Shown here piece after piece: positions 53,191-64,000 of a stretch of DNA of 64,000 nucleotides; position 1 is the first letter of the stretch; the number at the start of each line of letters is the position of its first letter. Source of the DNA: Octopus sinensis (Eukaryota); assembly GCF_006345805.1 (NCBI RefSeq), contig NC_042998.1, positions 38,812,001 through 38,876,000 on the forward strand. The letters run 5' to 3'. Position numbers and translations under genes: made by a program. The notes under the pieces are model-generated. The model made no database searches, was not told the origin of the DNA, and saw nothing but the letters and a program-made list of their open reading frames with translations.

Positions 53191-53520
53191 GGCGCAGGAC
53201 TGGCTGTGTGGTAAGTAGCTTGTTTACCAACCACATGGTTTCGGGTTCAGTCCCACTGCGTGGCACCTTGGGCAAGTGTCTTCTACTATAGCCTCGGGCT
53301 GACCAAAGCCTTGTGAGTGGATTTGTGTCTGTGTTTGTCCCCCCAACATCGCTTGACAACCGATGTGGGTGTGTTTATGTCCCCGCCACTTAGCGGTTCG
53401 GCAAGAGAGACCGATAGAATAAGTATTAGGCTTACAAAGAATAATTCCTGGGGTCGATTTGCTCGACTAAAGGTGGTGCTCCAACATGGCCGCAGTCAAA
53501 TGGCTGAAACAAATAAAACA
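53191..53520 (+). mobile_element. CORE-type SINE family B (internal part deleted)
   Basis: tRNA-like head GGCGCAGGACTGGCTGTGTGGTAAG…GGGTTCAGTCCC, CORE-like GGCACCTTGGGCAAGTGTCTT, and tail CCAACATGGCCGCAGTCAAATGGCTGAAAC. Confidence 0.9.
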
Positions 53521-53529
53521 ATATATATA

Positions 53530-53562
<33 letters not shown>

Positions 53563-53783
53563 AATTTAGGGTGAATACTTGATAAGTGTAAGCACCTGTA
53601 TACGCCAGCTAGTAGCAGAGGTGAGAGGGTATATGTATCAAATGAAATCAAAAACAGACCGCAAAGGATGTCGCGGTACACGTGTTTCAAGCTTTATAAA
53701 CGACCTATTCTTACATCAGTGTATAATCGACATAAAGGATGGTTTAAAGCTCTCTTCAGCCGCATGCAATTGTTGATTTCACT

Positions 53784-53838
<55 letters not shown>

Positions 53839-54065
53839 CACAAAATGTGGGAGTTTAGTTTACAGGTGATCTAAACGATTAAATACGCTAGGTAAGTTCT
53901 GTAACGGATTACTGGGGCTCCAAAGTTATAACCGAGACGTTAATTATGGAGCCATTGCAGATTTCCGATCTAGCAGATATATAATTTTTAAAGAGGACAA
54001 CAAACGTTTAGGCAAGGCAAACATCTCAAGTCATATACATTATTATTATTGGGAAAAAATTCAAA

Positions 54066-54121
54066 GCCTTACAGGTGTTTCTGGGATATCCCGGAGTGTT
54101 GGATATTCCGTCATCGGAGAC
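54066..54121 (-). ncRNA. Type I hammerhead-like motif (left arm)
   Basis: GTCT-CCGATGA-C-GGAATATCC…GGATATCCC-A-GAAA-CACCTG-TA-AGGC. Confidence 0.5.
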
Positions 54122-54301
54122 AATTAGGGAAAATGAGAAGGGCATAGATTAATGAAATGACGACATAGAGGACAGGAGGAAAGGAATAAGGAAATGAAGA
54201 ATGGAAGTCCACAGTTCAACTTTCCGATCTTGTAGAAATAAGTCCTTAAATCCTCTATGTCGTCATTTCATTAATCTATACCCTTTTCATTTTCCCCGTT
54301 T

Positions 54302-54357
54302 GTCTCCGATGACGGAATATCCAACACTCTGGGATATCCCAGAAACAGCAGTAAGAC
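54302..54357 (+). ncRNA. Type I hammerhead-like motif (right arm)
   Basis: GTCT-CCGATGA-C-GGAATATCC…GGATATCCC-A-GAAA-CAGCAG-TA-AGAC. Stem I (GTCT/AGAC) pairs perfectly. Confidence 0.5.
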
Positions 54358-54448
54358 TTTGAATTTTTTCCAATAATAATGATATATGACTTGAGATGTT
54401 TGCCTTGCCTTAACGTTTGTTGTTCTCTTTAGCAATTATATATATATA

Positions 54449-54522
<74 letters not shown>

Positions 54523-57112
54523 TGTGTGTGTGTATGCGTGTGTGTGTATGCGTGTGTATGTATATATATATATAATATATATATATATATAGGATTTGAA
54601 CATGAGGTGGTTGAGGTTTCTCTGATATAGTTACCTGAGTAGCGTTCTCTGAATTCAATATACAATTTGAAAGTGGACCTCAATTTATGCCACAAAGAAG
54701 TTGATGTAGTTAAGGTCCGTCTTAGAGCTTACAGACACGCCGCCCATTTGTTAATAGAACCACTAGAGAAATAACGATTTAAGGTAAGGACAACATATCC
54801 AAGAAGAAATATAAAGACTCCGGTTTCAAGTATAGTGGAGCGGTTAAGAAAATATTAGTTATAAAAATCCGTAGCCATGGAAGATGAAGTGTTCGGGGAT
54901 TTCACGGCCATTAAAAAGAGGAGTTTGTGTGTGAAGAGTTGAAGGAGTGGGAAGCACTGTTGGCATCTTTAGTATGGAATAGAAAAGACAGTAACCAACC
55001 ACTAAATAAGTTGATCAGTGTAGTTGTTAGATCTGTAGAACATAGGCAAGTGGCGGAATGACGAGTTTGTGGACTTGATGGAGGAAGCTATAAGTAATAG
55101 TCAAACATGAAGGCGTCTAGTTCTTTGAAAGGATTAGAAGAGCGTTAGAATTTTCTCTTTACTCATTCTCTGATTGAGAGACAATAAACACACAAAAAAA
55201 TATATAAAGCAAATTCAATTAAACGAAATGTTGATTTAGTATGATTGTTTCATATTTAAAATTCATCATTTTATCCAATGAACACAAATTATTGACACCT
55301 GTGTTTTTGTAAATATAATAGAAAACGACAATCTCAGGAATTACAGGTTATTTATGAAAGAAAGCATAGCAATCAAGTGATTGGCTGGAATTCTAAAGTT
55401 TGTCAGACGAACAAGTGAATAAGTCGGAACACGTACTTAAGATTAAAAGCTGCTTAAAGCTTAAATATGATTTCGATCCTTCTCAATAGTGATTTTGTTC
55501 TGAACATAAAAATAAAAAGTTCCGATAATATCGGTGTATGTTGAAAGAGCTTACAAATAGTAAAGACATCTTTGCATACACATGAAGAAAGATGTACAAA
55601 TTCTAAACGCACACAAATGAATAATTTTGCACATAGACGGTTGTGCACATATTACACACGCGTACACATATGTGATATATGTATGTATGTAGGTATGCAT
55701 ATATATGTGTGTGTGTCCATGTGACTGTATGGTTGTATATAAGCGTGTAGGTAAGAACTTTGCTGATTTATTTTTTTCTTACGTGAGTGTAAAGATTGCT
55801 CGTTAATGCAAAACTATATTACCGTAAGCTAGAATGTAACGTGTTTTTTTATTATTTTTTTTACTTTTTTGCTGTAAATCAATAAATTATTATTGGTGAA
55901 CGTTTGGGTGTTGTTTTTGTCGTCGTTGTTGCTGTTATTGTTGATAGTAGTCATGATGATGATGATGATGATGATAGTTTGGTTGTTGTTGTCTTGCTGT
56001 TTAAGTGTTATTAGCTTCTAATATGCTTATATTATGCGACTTGAGGTTTTCAGCAGATCAGAGAATTTGATTTTGTTTTTATCAGAGATTCTTCAAGTCT
56101 CCGTTGTATTGATGTTCTGCTGATACGTTTCTTTATAGGTTAATGAATAAGAAACACATACGGTTTATTAATATTACTTTTATTATAATTTTTTTTTATT
56201 ATAGTTTAAGAAATATAACTGTACTATGCTTTTAGTGAAATATATCAAAGCTGGTTAAATTTGCTACTGTCAACACATGTTGAATGGCAAAACATACAAA
56301 CTATACCAGTTATAGCATACTGCTTCTTTCCTCCTTTAGTAGAAATAATACTGGTATTCATTATATTTTTCCCACGCTTTTTTCTTAATCAAATATACTA
56401 TCTAACTAGAGCTAGATCAAATCTACATCATAAGTTTATTTTCTGCGCCAGTAACATTGTACAGCGCTAATGACGTCATACAAATTGAGTTTGCTTAAGC
56501 TTGTTGGCGGACATGCTAACGATTCAGTTAACTTTGGTTCCCGGAAGATATAAATATTACTTTATGCTTATCTTAAACATACAATTATTTCTTGATCAAC
56601 ATAAACTTTCAGCGTTCTTGCAAACCAGTCTCTGCTACACAATATTAGAATAATCTGTGTTGGAAATCAGGCTGTATCACAGATTAGAAATTGTTCTAGC
56701 TTTGCTTTCACTGTTTTCATCTAATATTCTGATCAACGTACACAATTAAAAACGTTTCTTTTTCCTTATTTACCGCTCTGTTTTCATTCTTTCTTTAGAT
56801 TTAAATGCACCCAAACTTTACCAGCCGTGCTTTCTTGTGTTCTTCAACTTACTGCTAAATTATTTAGCTTTATGCTTTTAACATTAGTATTGTTCTCTAC
56901 GTGTTTTACATCGAAAGGGCAGATGAATCCATTTCCTCTTTAATTTGACCTAAACAGCTTTTATGTTACATCTATTCGTGCTATTTGGTCCTTCATAAGT
57001 ATTAATGGTAGGGCATTTTCTTCAGAAATATTAAACTTTTTATCCTAATTCTGTCCTATTGATATTTTCGTATTTCCCAAACTTCTCAACACTTTTGCAA
57101 TTTGTTTATTTC

Positions 57113-57290
57113 GGCGTTGACGTGGCTATGTGGTAAGTCGTTCACTTCCCAACCACGTTGTTCCAGGTTCAATCCCATTGCGTGACACCTTGGGCAAAGT
57201 GTCTTCTAGTATAGCCTCGAGCTGACTGAAGGCTTGTGAGTAGATTTCGTAGACGGAAATTGAAAGCCCATCGTACATGTATGTGTGTGG
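57113..57290 (+). mobile_element. CORE-type SINE family B, 5' part (degenerate)
   Basis: GGCGTTGACGTGGCTATGTGGTAAG…GACACCTTGGGCAAAGTGTCTTCTAGTATAGCCTCG. Confidence 0.75.
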
Positions 57291-57789
57291 GGGGGTGTAA
57301 TTTGGCGCGCTTTTTACTGTGTGGGCAAACTATATATACTACTGGTGAACGCATGGCAGAGTTAGTCTGTACAGAACCGAGGTGCGACGGTTGACGTACG
57401 TTTGTGTGAATAGTTGATACGGCGGTCGGTGTGGTGCGCTCGATGTATGGGTCGATGCCGGGCAATTCGTGTTGAACAGTTGACACAGAAATAGGTGTCA
57501 GAAATGGGACAGCATGTATTGTGACGGTGAATGTCAGTGGGTCATGTGAGCAGTGGCGTCTTTGTAAGGCGAACGGTTTTGAACTTGCTGCGAAAATAGT
57601 GTAAACTTGGCAGCGTAAAGAATGCGGAACGGTACCGGACTAACGTGAATTCGGAAGTAACGACAGAATCGCCCCCCCCCCCCAAAAAAGATTGAAAAAA
57701 GGAATAATGAATAATAAAGAAGAGCTCACCAAAAGAAGTCTACACATTTCAGAGGTAAATGAAAGAACTTTCTAAAAACTCTCGAAAGG

Positions 57790-58187
57790 ACTCTCTTTTA
57801 CTTGTTTCAGTCATTTGACTGCGGCCATGCTGGAGCACCGCCTTTAGTCGAGCAAATCGATCCCAGGAGTTATTCTTTGTAAGCCTAGTACTTATTCTAT
57901 CGGTCTCTTTTGCCGAACCGCTAGGTTGCGGGGACGTAAACACACCAGCATCGGTTGTCAAGTGATGTTGGGGGGACAAACACAGACACACAAACACACA
58001 CACACACGTATATATACATATATACGACGGGCTTCTTTTCAGTTTCCGTCTACCACATCCACTCACAAGGCTTTGGTCGGCCCGAGTCTATAATAGAAGA
58101 CACTTGTCCAAGGTGCCACGCAGTTGGACTGAACCCGGAACCATGTGATTGGTAAGCAAGCTACTTAGCACACAGCCACGCCTGCGC
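57790..58187 (-). mobile_element. CORE-type SINE family B, full length
   Basis: Head, CORE-like box, internal (TA)/(TG) microsatellite and 3' tail …GGCGGTGCTCCAGCATGGCCGCAGTCAAATGACTGAAACAAGTAAAAGAG. Confidence 0.92.
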
Positions 58188-58424
58188 TTTTTAAATGTCT
58201 GTTCGCCTCTTGATTAAAGTTCTCTCAATTTGGTTTTGTACTCAACGGTGTTGTTTGTTAATGTCAACTCTTTCTTTGTCTGCTGCTTCTTCCACTCTAA
58301 GCAAGTTGGCTTTCTGAACTCACCTACAGCTCTCTGAGCTACGGACGCAGACTGTTGAAGCCTGTCTTTGGTATCGGGAGGCCGCCGCGTGGGGCGCAAG
58401 AATATAAATACATACATACATACT

Positions 58425-58500
<76 letters not shown>

Positions 58501-58881
58501 CACACATATATATATACATACACATACACACACGTGTGTGTGCGTATACTTCAAACCATTATAAGAAATACGGAGACAGGTACATCATCAACATTTTTTT
58601 CCTTTTACCTTTAGTTGGCCGTACAGCTTAATTATTTTGTTACAATGTTTCTGGTACATAGAATATGTACAGTTACGGATGCAACCCGGCATAATCCTCG
58701 GTGTACCTTCATTCGGGATCCTTCAGCATGGCTTGAAGCGAGCTAAGTTAATTTATTTATATCTAGCTAGTTGAAGATACCAAGTGAAGTGATAGTTTAA
58801 TCTAGGTTCAATTGGATCAAATCGTATCTAAGTATTCTAATACGGTTTTTCCCTGGAGTAAATATAAGATCGGGATGAAAG

Positions 58882-59200
58882 ATGAATATTTCCTATTGGA
58901 ATGTTTGTACTCTGTTAGATGAGAAGAGTGAGAGTGGAGCCGAAAGACGAACTGCGCTTGTTGCTCGTGAACTGAATCAATATAACCAGGACTGTAGCTG
59001 CTCTTTCATAGACTTGCTTGGAAAGTTATGGTCAGCTCAAGGTGATTGTAAGTGGTTAGATATTTTTCTGAAAGGGTAAACGGAAGTGGGTACGCTGCGA
59101 TACCGGCGTTAGTTTTACAGTTCGATCTAAATTCCTCAACAAATTGCAAGAGCTTCCTGTCCTTATAAACGATCATCTGACGATTCTGCGTTCTACTTGA
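58882..59200 (+). mobile_element. RTE-clade (BovB-like) LINE, AP-endonuclease N-terminus, degenerate
   Basis: MNISYWNVCTLLD…ERRTALVARELNQYN followed by broken-frame GVSFTVRSK…LPVLINDHL matches the RTE pattern WNVRTLLD…ERRTALVA.EL.RY. Confidence 0.78.
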
Positions 59201-60519
59201 GATATTGGCGATTCATAAAATACACAGCAAATCTATTCTCTCTTCCATTTCTTCCTTGAGCTTGTCTTTGTCAAAAGAAATTTAAAGTATCAAACGCACA
59301 TGTTTATTTTGGCATATCCTTGAAAGTGTAAGCAAGCTATATAAGGGCCTGTTATCTTAGAACTAAGCTACATTTTCAGTTCCTAAATTTGTATTTTAAG
59401 TCAATTATAATCATGTAAACTAACCAATCTAATTAGATATTAAAACGGGAGAGCTAAACAAATTTATTGGGTATTTAATATTTCTGTCCAGTTATTTTAT
59501 AGTGGGAGGGTACGGGTTTTACCCGTATATCGATTAAACTCTACGGATTCATCTTTGCATTTAAGATATTATTTTTCTAAGCGGCCATTATTCTGCTGAA
59601 AGTGAACTAAAGTCTTGACTTAACGGTCCTGTTTCACTAGGATTTTTGTGTTATTCGATCTTCTAAAGATTTTGTACCTTCATCTTGTTGATTTCACAGG
59701 AAAATACTTCTTTCATAAAACATACGCTTCTGACATTGCTTTAAATTGCACTTCATATGTGTCAAGATTTGCTTCTGTAAGGAAATATGTTCAACGGTCT
59801 CGTCTATTTCTTATCAGCTAATATTCCTCTGAATTGCCTTTATAAAAGTTTAAAACAGCCCCAAAATGTTGTGAGGTATTATATTTTTGACCATTGGTTT
59901 TACCATTATAATATTCCAGTGTAATCTTCGTAATTTAAATACACAAATTATATATAAATATACAAATTATTTGTAAAAAAAAAAGGATAACGTTCGGTAT
60001 ATTCGTGACTTTAGTTTTGGATAGAATTAAAGTTGAGTTTCTGTTTGTTTTCACTTTCCAGGAATTGTACCTTCTGACCAGTTGCATTAAGAAGACAGAA
60101 ATCTAGATCTACGTTGATAATTAAAACCATGAATTTTCATAATTTACTGCCTATCGTTGAGCATATAACAATATGAAGGCATATAATTAGATTAGATTAT
60201 CCTGTGTTATATGTGGTAGAAGTTCAACTGATATCCTTCCAGATATATATCGCAATGTTTCCATGAGAAACAGAATATAAGGTTTGGGATTTCTGCGTCG
60301 AGGGGCTTTAATATTTAGCATAAGTTGCCAAGGTGTAACGAGATATCTAAGAATGCCATTTTACAATTTTCTTTTCTTATTTGCATATATATACATATGT
60401 AACGAGATATCGTAGCTTGCTATCTTGCGACCTTTTCTCATTTTCATATGTTTGCATATATCTATTTCAACATGTGGGCATCGGTCCAATGTGGAATACA
60501 TCGTCAGTTACTAGCACAC

Positions 60520-61010
60520 ATGTCACACATCTTAATTCTCACAGCTGTGGAAAATGTATCATTGTTCTTCTCTCAGATACTCTGCTTTCTAGTATACACT
60601 CTAAGTTCTCCGTATCTTTGCTCTGAGATGTGATATGAATGCATAAATAGATTCTACCAATCGCTCCACTCGTCCCTGTCATCTGGATGTTAGTTACAAA
60701 TAGCTTCCGATGACCTAATTCAAAGTCCTTCTTCCTAGTCAGTGTCACTTCGAGATCCTTCAACTACCAGCATTTGTCCGAAGCTGCATTGCGAACATCT
60801 AACTTTGATTGAACTCCTCATCTTTCTTGGCATCCCCGTATTAACCCTATTTGGGAAAATGCCAATTTCAAGTTGGTAGTACAAACCTTGGTCTTTTTCT
60901 CGTTTCGAATCACAGTCTCTTTTTGATCTCAAGCAAGGCAGCAGCATATGTCATATCCCCATACTGTTAACTATGTCTATTCACAGCCATCGCAAAAACT
61001 AAGCTCTTAA
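60520..61010 (-). mobile_element. Possible RTE-clade ORF C-terminal fragment, very degenerate
   Basis: Broken minus frames loosely follow the RTE C-terminus (YG…KK.D..R…W.AKK.N.E…RTL). Confidence 0.4.
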
Positions 61011-62308
61011 CCCCAAAAGCGATTTGTATTCAACACAGAAACATTAGAAGCCAAGCCTAGAATAGTTGAGCCCAAATCATCCATCATTGACTGGGGTACC
61101 TCTAATACCCATGGGGCACTTCCGAGACAACAATGAGAAAACAAGATTTATGAAAAATTGTCATCGATATTTTACAACCATTAATGGAAGATGTATATCT
61201 TTTCGCTTCCAGTAGAACATCCTCCGTTACTTTGAACCAGACAACTCCATTGACACTCATTCTCTTTCTCTTTTCCTTTTTTCTTGTTTTTTTTTCTTCA
61301 CACATCAACTGCTTTAATGCCTACCTTATAATTAATTTAAACATAGTTTAAAGAACACAACAGAAGGCACGGTGTGAAGCTGCTAGAGTTGCATCGAATC
61401 AGTGTGCTGACTTTTCTTACAGAAACAAAAGAAATCGTCTCCAAAGAACGTTAGTTAAATTACCCGACATAATAACAAAATTTGACACAACCTTGCTTAC
61501 ATTTGAAACCTGTCTTAACTAAAAGGCATTGCAATAACATGAACATCTATTATTTGAATGTTTGAATAAGCTGCAGAGACGAAATCAATTATTAGTATGA
61601 ACTCACACTTTCTTACATTCGATGCAATTAAAACTGTTTTACAAATATTTTCACCGTGAAAACAGTCAGCAGCAACATAGTAATCAAGCTAAATGGAATC
61701 AAAATCTCCAGTTAGTCGAAAATCCATGTAACTGCATATAATTTTTGAATCTTCGCTTTCCTCTCGGTTGTATTTACCGAGCTTTCTTAATATAAGCTAT
61801 AAAGAATGGCTCTGCCAGCCTGTTTACTGACTGTGCAGACACATACAACAATAAAATCCTTTGTAGATACTAACCATACGAATTCAATTTGCTTAATAGG
61901 AAAAATATTCGTGAGAATATTTCGTATATTGTAGTGGCAGACGGATACTAATGTATAATATTTACGTCAATAACAGACTAACAAAATAACTGGCGTTTAG
62001 AGATGTTAATGTTAACACACATTTATTAATAACAGCATTTTGTAGTTGCGTACCATAATGAAAACGTTTTTAAGTGCTATGGTTGGAGCAACGCTGCTTA
62101 AGAGAAGATAGTGATAAGAATATATCGAAAAGACATATGTCTAGTGACACTAAAATAGAGGCAACTCTAAGTTAGGTCGATAACGTGAATTACATTTGTT
62201 TAATGTTGTGCTAGGAGGTAGATTTTAAATGCGAAAGCAAAAATTATATAAAGCTGAAAACTTAATGGCCAACTAATAACCTATTAAAGGGCAGGAAATA
62301 TGCTTGTT

Positions 62309-62380
<72 letters not shown>

Positions 62381-62443
62381 AAAGATGTTAAAGAAGGGAA
62401 ATGCACACACTTTACATAGTTTTAATATATTTTATATTATGTT

Positions 62444-62476
62444 TGTCGACCGGTTTCGCTTTCGCTAATCATGGCA
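62444..62476 (-). ncRNA. Degenerate minimal hammerhead-like motif
   Basis: TGCC-ATGATTA-GC(GAAA)GC-GAAA-CCGG-TC-GACA. Stem III is the palindrome ACCGGU with a GUC triplet, but the core has two substitutions. Confidence 0.35.
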
Positions 62477-62558
62477 TTAAAACTATTTTAATTACGTATT
62501 CTTTTAAGAAAACATCTTTTTGCCCATGTTGTGTGTGGAGTTTATAAATGAACATTGT

Positions 62559-62635
<77 letters not shown>

Positions 62636-62969
62636 TGTGTGTTTGTGTGTGTATGTGACAGGAGAGTAATGTCCTCATTTTCAGCAACAGAGTGGTGTTC
62701 AACAAACTCATTCAGTGTCACGAAACGTTATGTCTCGTCAGTCAGAAGCACCCACACCTTTGAGCCGAACTTAAACCGTTGTATTTGTTTATACTTTGAG
62801 TGAAAAATTTATTTGCTGACCAGTGCTAATATATCTGCCAACCCATAACAAAAGATCGTTATTCGTACTGTGTACAAAGAAACCTGAAACGAGTATTTGT
62901 ATATTAACTCTTAATACGTTCAGATAGGTTCGGACATAAAATATACGCTGTGTGAGAGAAAGAGAATGT

Positions 62970-63178
62970 AATATTGATTTCAAATTCTAGCGCAAGACCA
63001 GCTTTTACGGGTAAGGGTGCTGGTCGATTACATCGGACCCATTGTTTAACTGGTATTTATTTGTACTGATTCTGAAAGGCAAAGTCGACCACAGCAGAAT
63101 TTGATCTTGGAACGCACAGACGGATGAAATGCCCAGCAATTTTGACCGGTTTGCCAACGATTCTGCCAGCTCGCCGCC
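62970..63178 (-). mobile_element. SINE family A
   Basis: The + strand ends AACGATTCTGCCAGCTCGCCGCC, the exact reverse complement of the family head. Confidence 0.85.
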
Positions 63179-63705
63179 TAAAGCGGAATCTAATATTAAA
63201 GCGATTTATTAGAAGAGAAACGGGGATAAAGGAGGTGAAGGGAGTATAAGACTTGTGACTTAGCGTTAAATATTATGTGTCACTTAAGACTTGGTGCAAA
63301 GGGGTGTGGAGAAAGGGGAAGGTTGATAGGAAACAGAGAGAGAGAGAGAAAGATGATTTAACTAGACATTAAGCAAAAATATTTGAGAGGGTAATAAAAC
63401 AGTTTGAACACAGACACTGTAAATGATTATAAATAAAATGTTGTATGCTATTAAACATCTATAAAACTATTAAAAGAAATGTGTGTGTGTTCCTTTATGA
63501 GTTTCAAACCAAAGGCTGTGGCTACGTTGTAGTACCGCCAGTGAAGCTGAGTGGACTGGAACACCGTAAGATAAAGTGTCTTGCTCAAGAACACAACGCG
63601 CCGAAGGGCATCGAACTCGCTCACTTATGATTTATTACTATCATATAATTAGAATACGCATTATTTACATTTGACGGATATTTGTCCTCATCTTGTTTGT
63701 GGTTA

Positions 63706-63749
63706 ACACAACGTTCCGACTGGTATACCCTCCAGCCTCCATCAGGTGT
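63706..63749 (-). ncRNA. Minimal type I hammerhead-like motif in a PLE-like terminal repeat
   Basis: ACAC-CTGATGGA-GGCTGG(AGGGTATA)CCAGTC-GGAA-CG-TT-GTGT. Stem I is 4 bp and stem II is 6 bp with one G.U. GAAA is mutated to GGAA. Confidence 0.55.
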
Positions 63750-63803
63750 GTCTTCAATCCTTTATATATTAACCAAAATGAAGTAGAGTGACAAATTTAT
63801 TAC

Positions 63804-63846
<43 letters not shown>

Positions 63847-64000
63847 GGGGTTTGTAGCCCACGCTCTTAACCTCTACACCATATGCCCGTGGGCAGCTAG
63901 TTTTTGATGGAGTTTCTCTGTATGTCTCCATTGAAGTCTAATGTCGGCTCCGTACCGATTAGATAATTCAGTTCTAAATTTAAGAGATGAGGAATTATGT

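Larger units (their letters stand above)
53978..54440. repeat. Long fold-back inverted repeat (arms about 195 bp, 78-nt spacer), one hammerhead-like motif per arm
   Basis: 53978-54172 is the reverse complement of 54251-54440 at roughly 90% identity by eye. Confidence 0.93.

Noticed and set aside
53191-53265. tRNA gene
   Set aside because: A and B boxes are present but there is no cloverleaf. It continues into the CORE-type SINE body, so it is a SINE head.

Overview
This is AT-rich, repeat-saturated eukaryotic DNA, not prokaryotic. Dense (TA)n/(CA)n/(TATG)n microsatellites and the SINE families present point to a cephalopod, most likely Octopus (inference). The only host gene I can support is the first coding exon (33848-32943, minus strand, 302 codons, TM1-TM5 into ICL3) of a class A neuropeptide-type GPCR. 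It ends at a consensus phase-0 donor. I found no TM6/TM7 exon, so the intron probably exceeds 32.9 kb. The rest is transposon debris: about 10 copies of one tRNA-type SINE, CORE-type SINEs, CR1/L2-like, Tx1/L1, RTE and RLE-type LINE fragments, Penelope-like (PLE) fragments, a DD37D (maT) transposase remnant and a fold-back mariner. The most notable patterns are: (1) many short microsatellite-anchored repeats carrying minimal type I hammerhead-like motifs with self-complementary stem III; (2) four long fold-back inverted repeats, two built from such repeat ends and two lying inside the inferred GPCR intron; (3) a LINE/SINE shared 3' tail with a compensatory stem-loop change. All alignments, translations and counts were done by eye, and boundaries of degenerate repeats are approximate.
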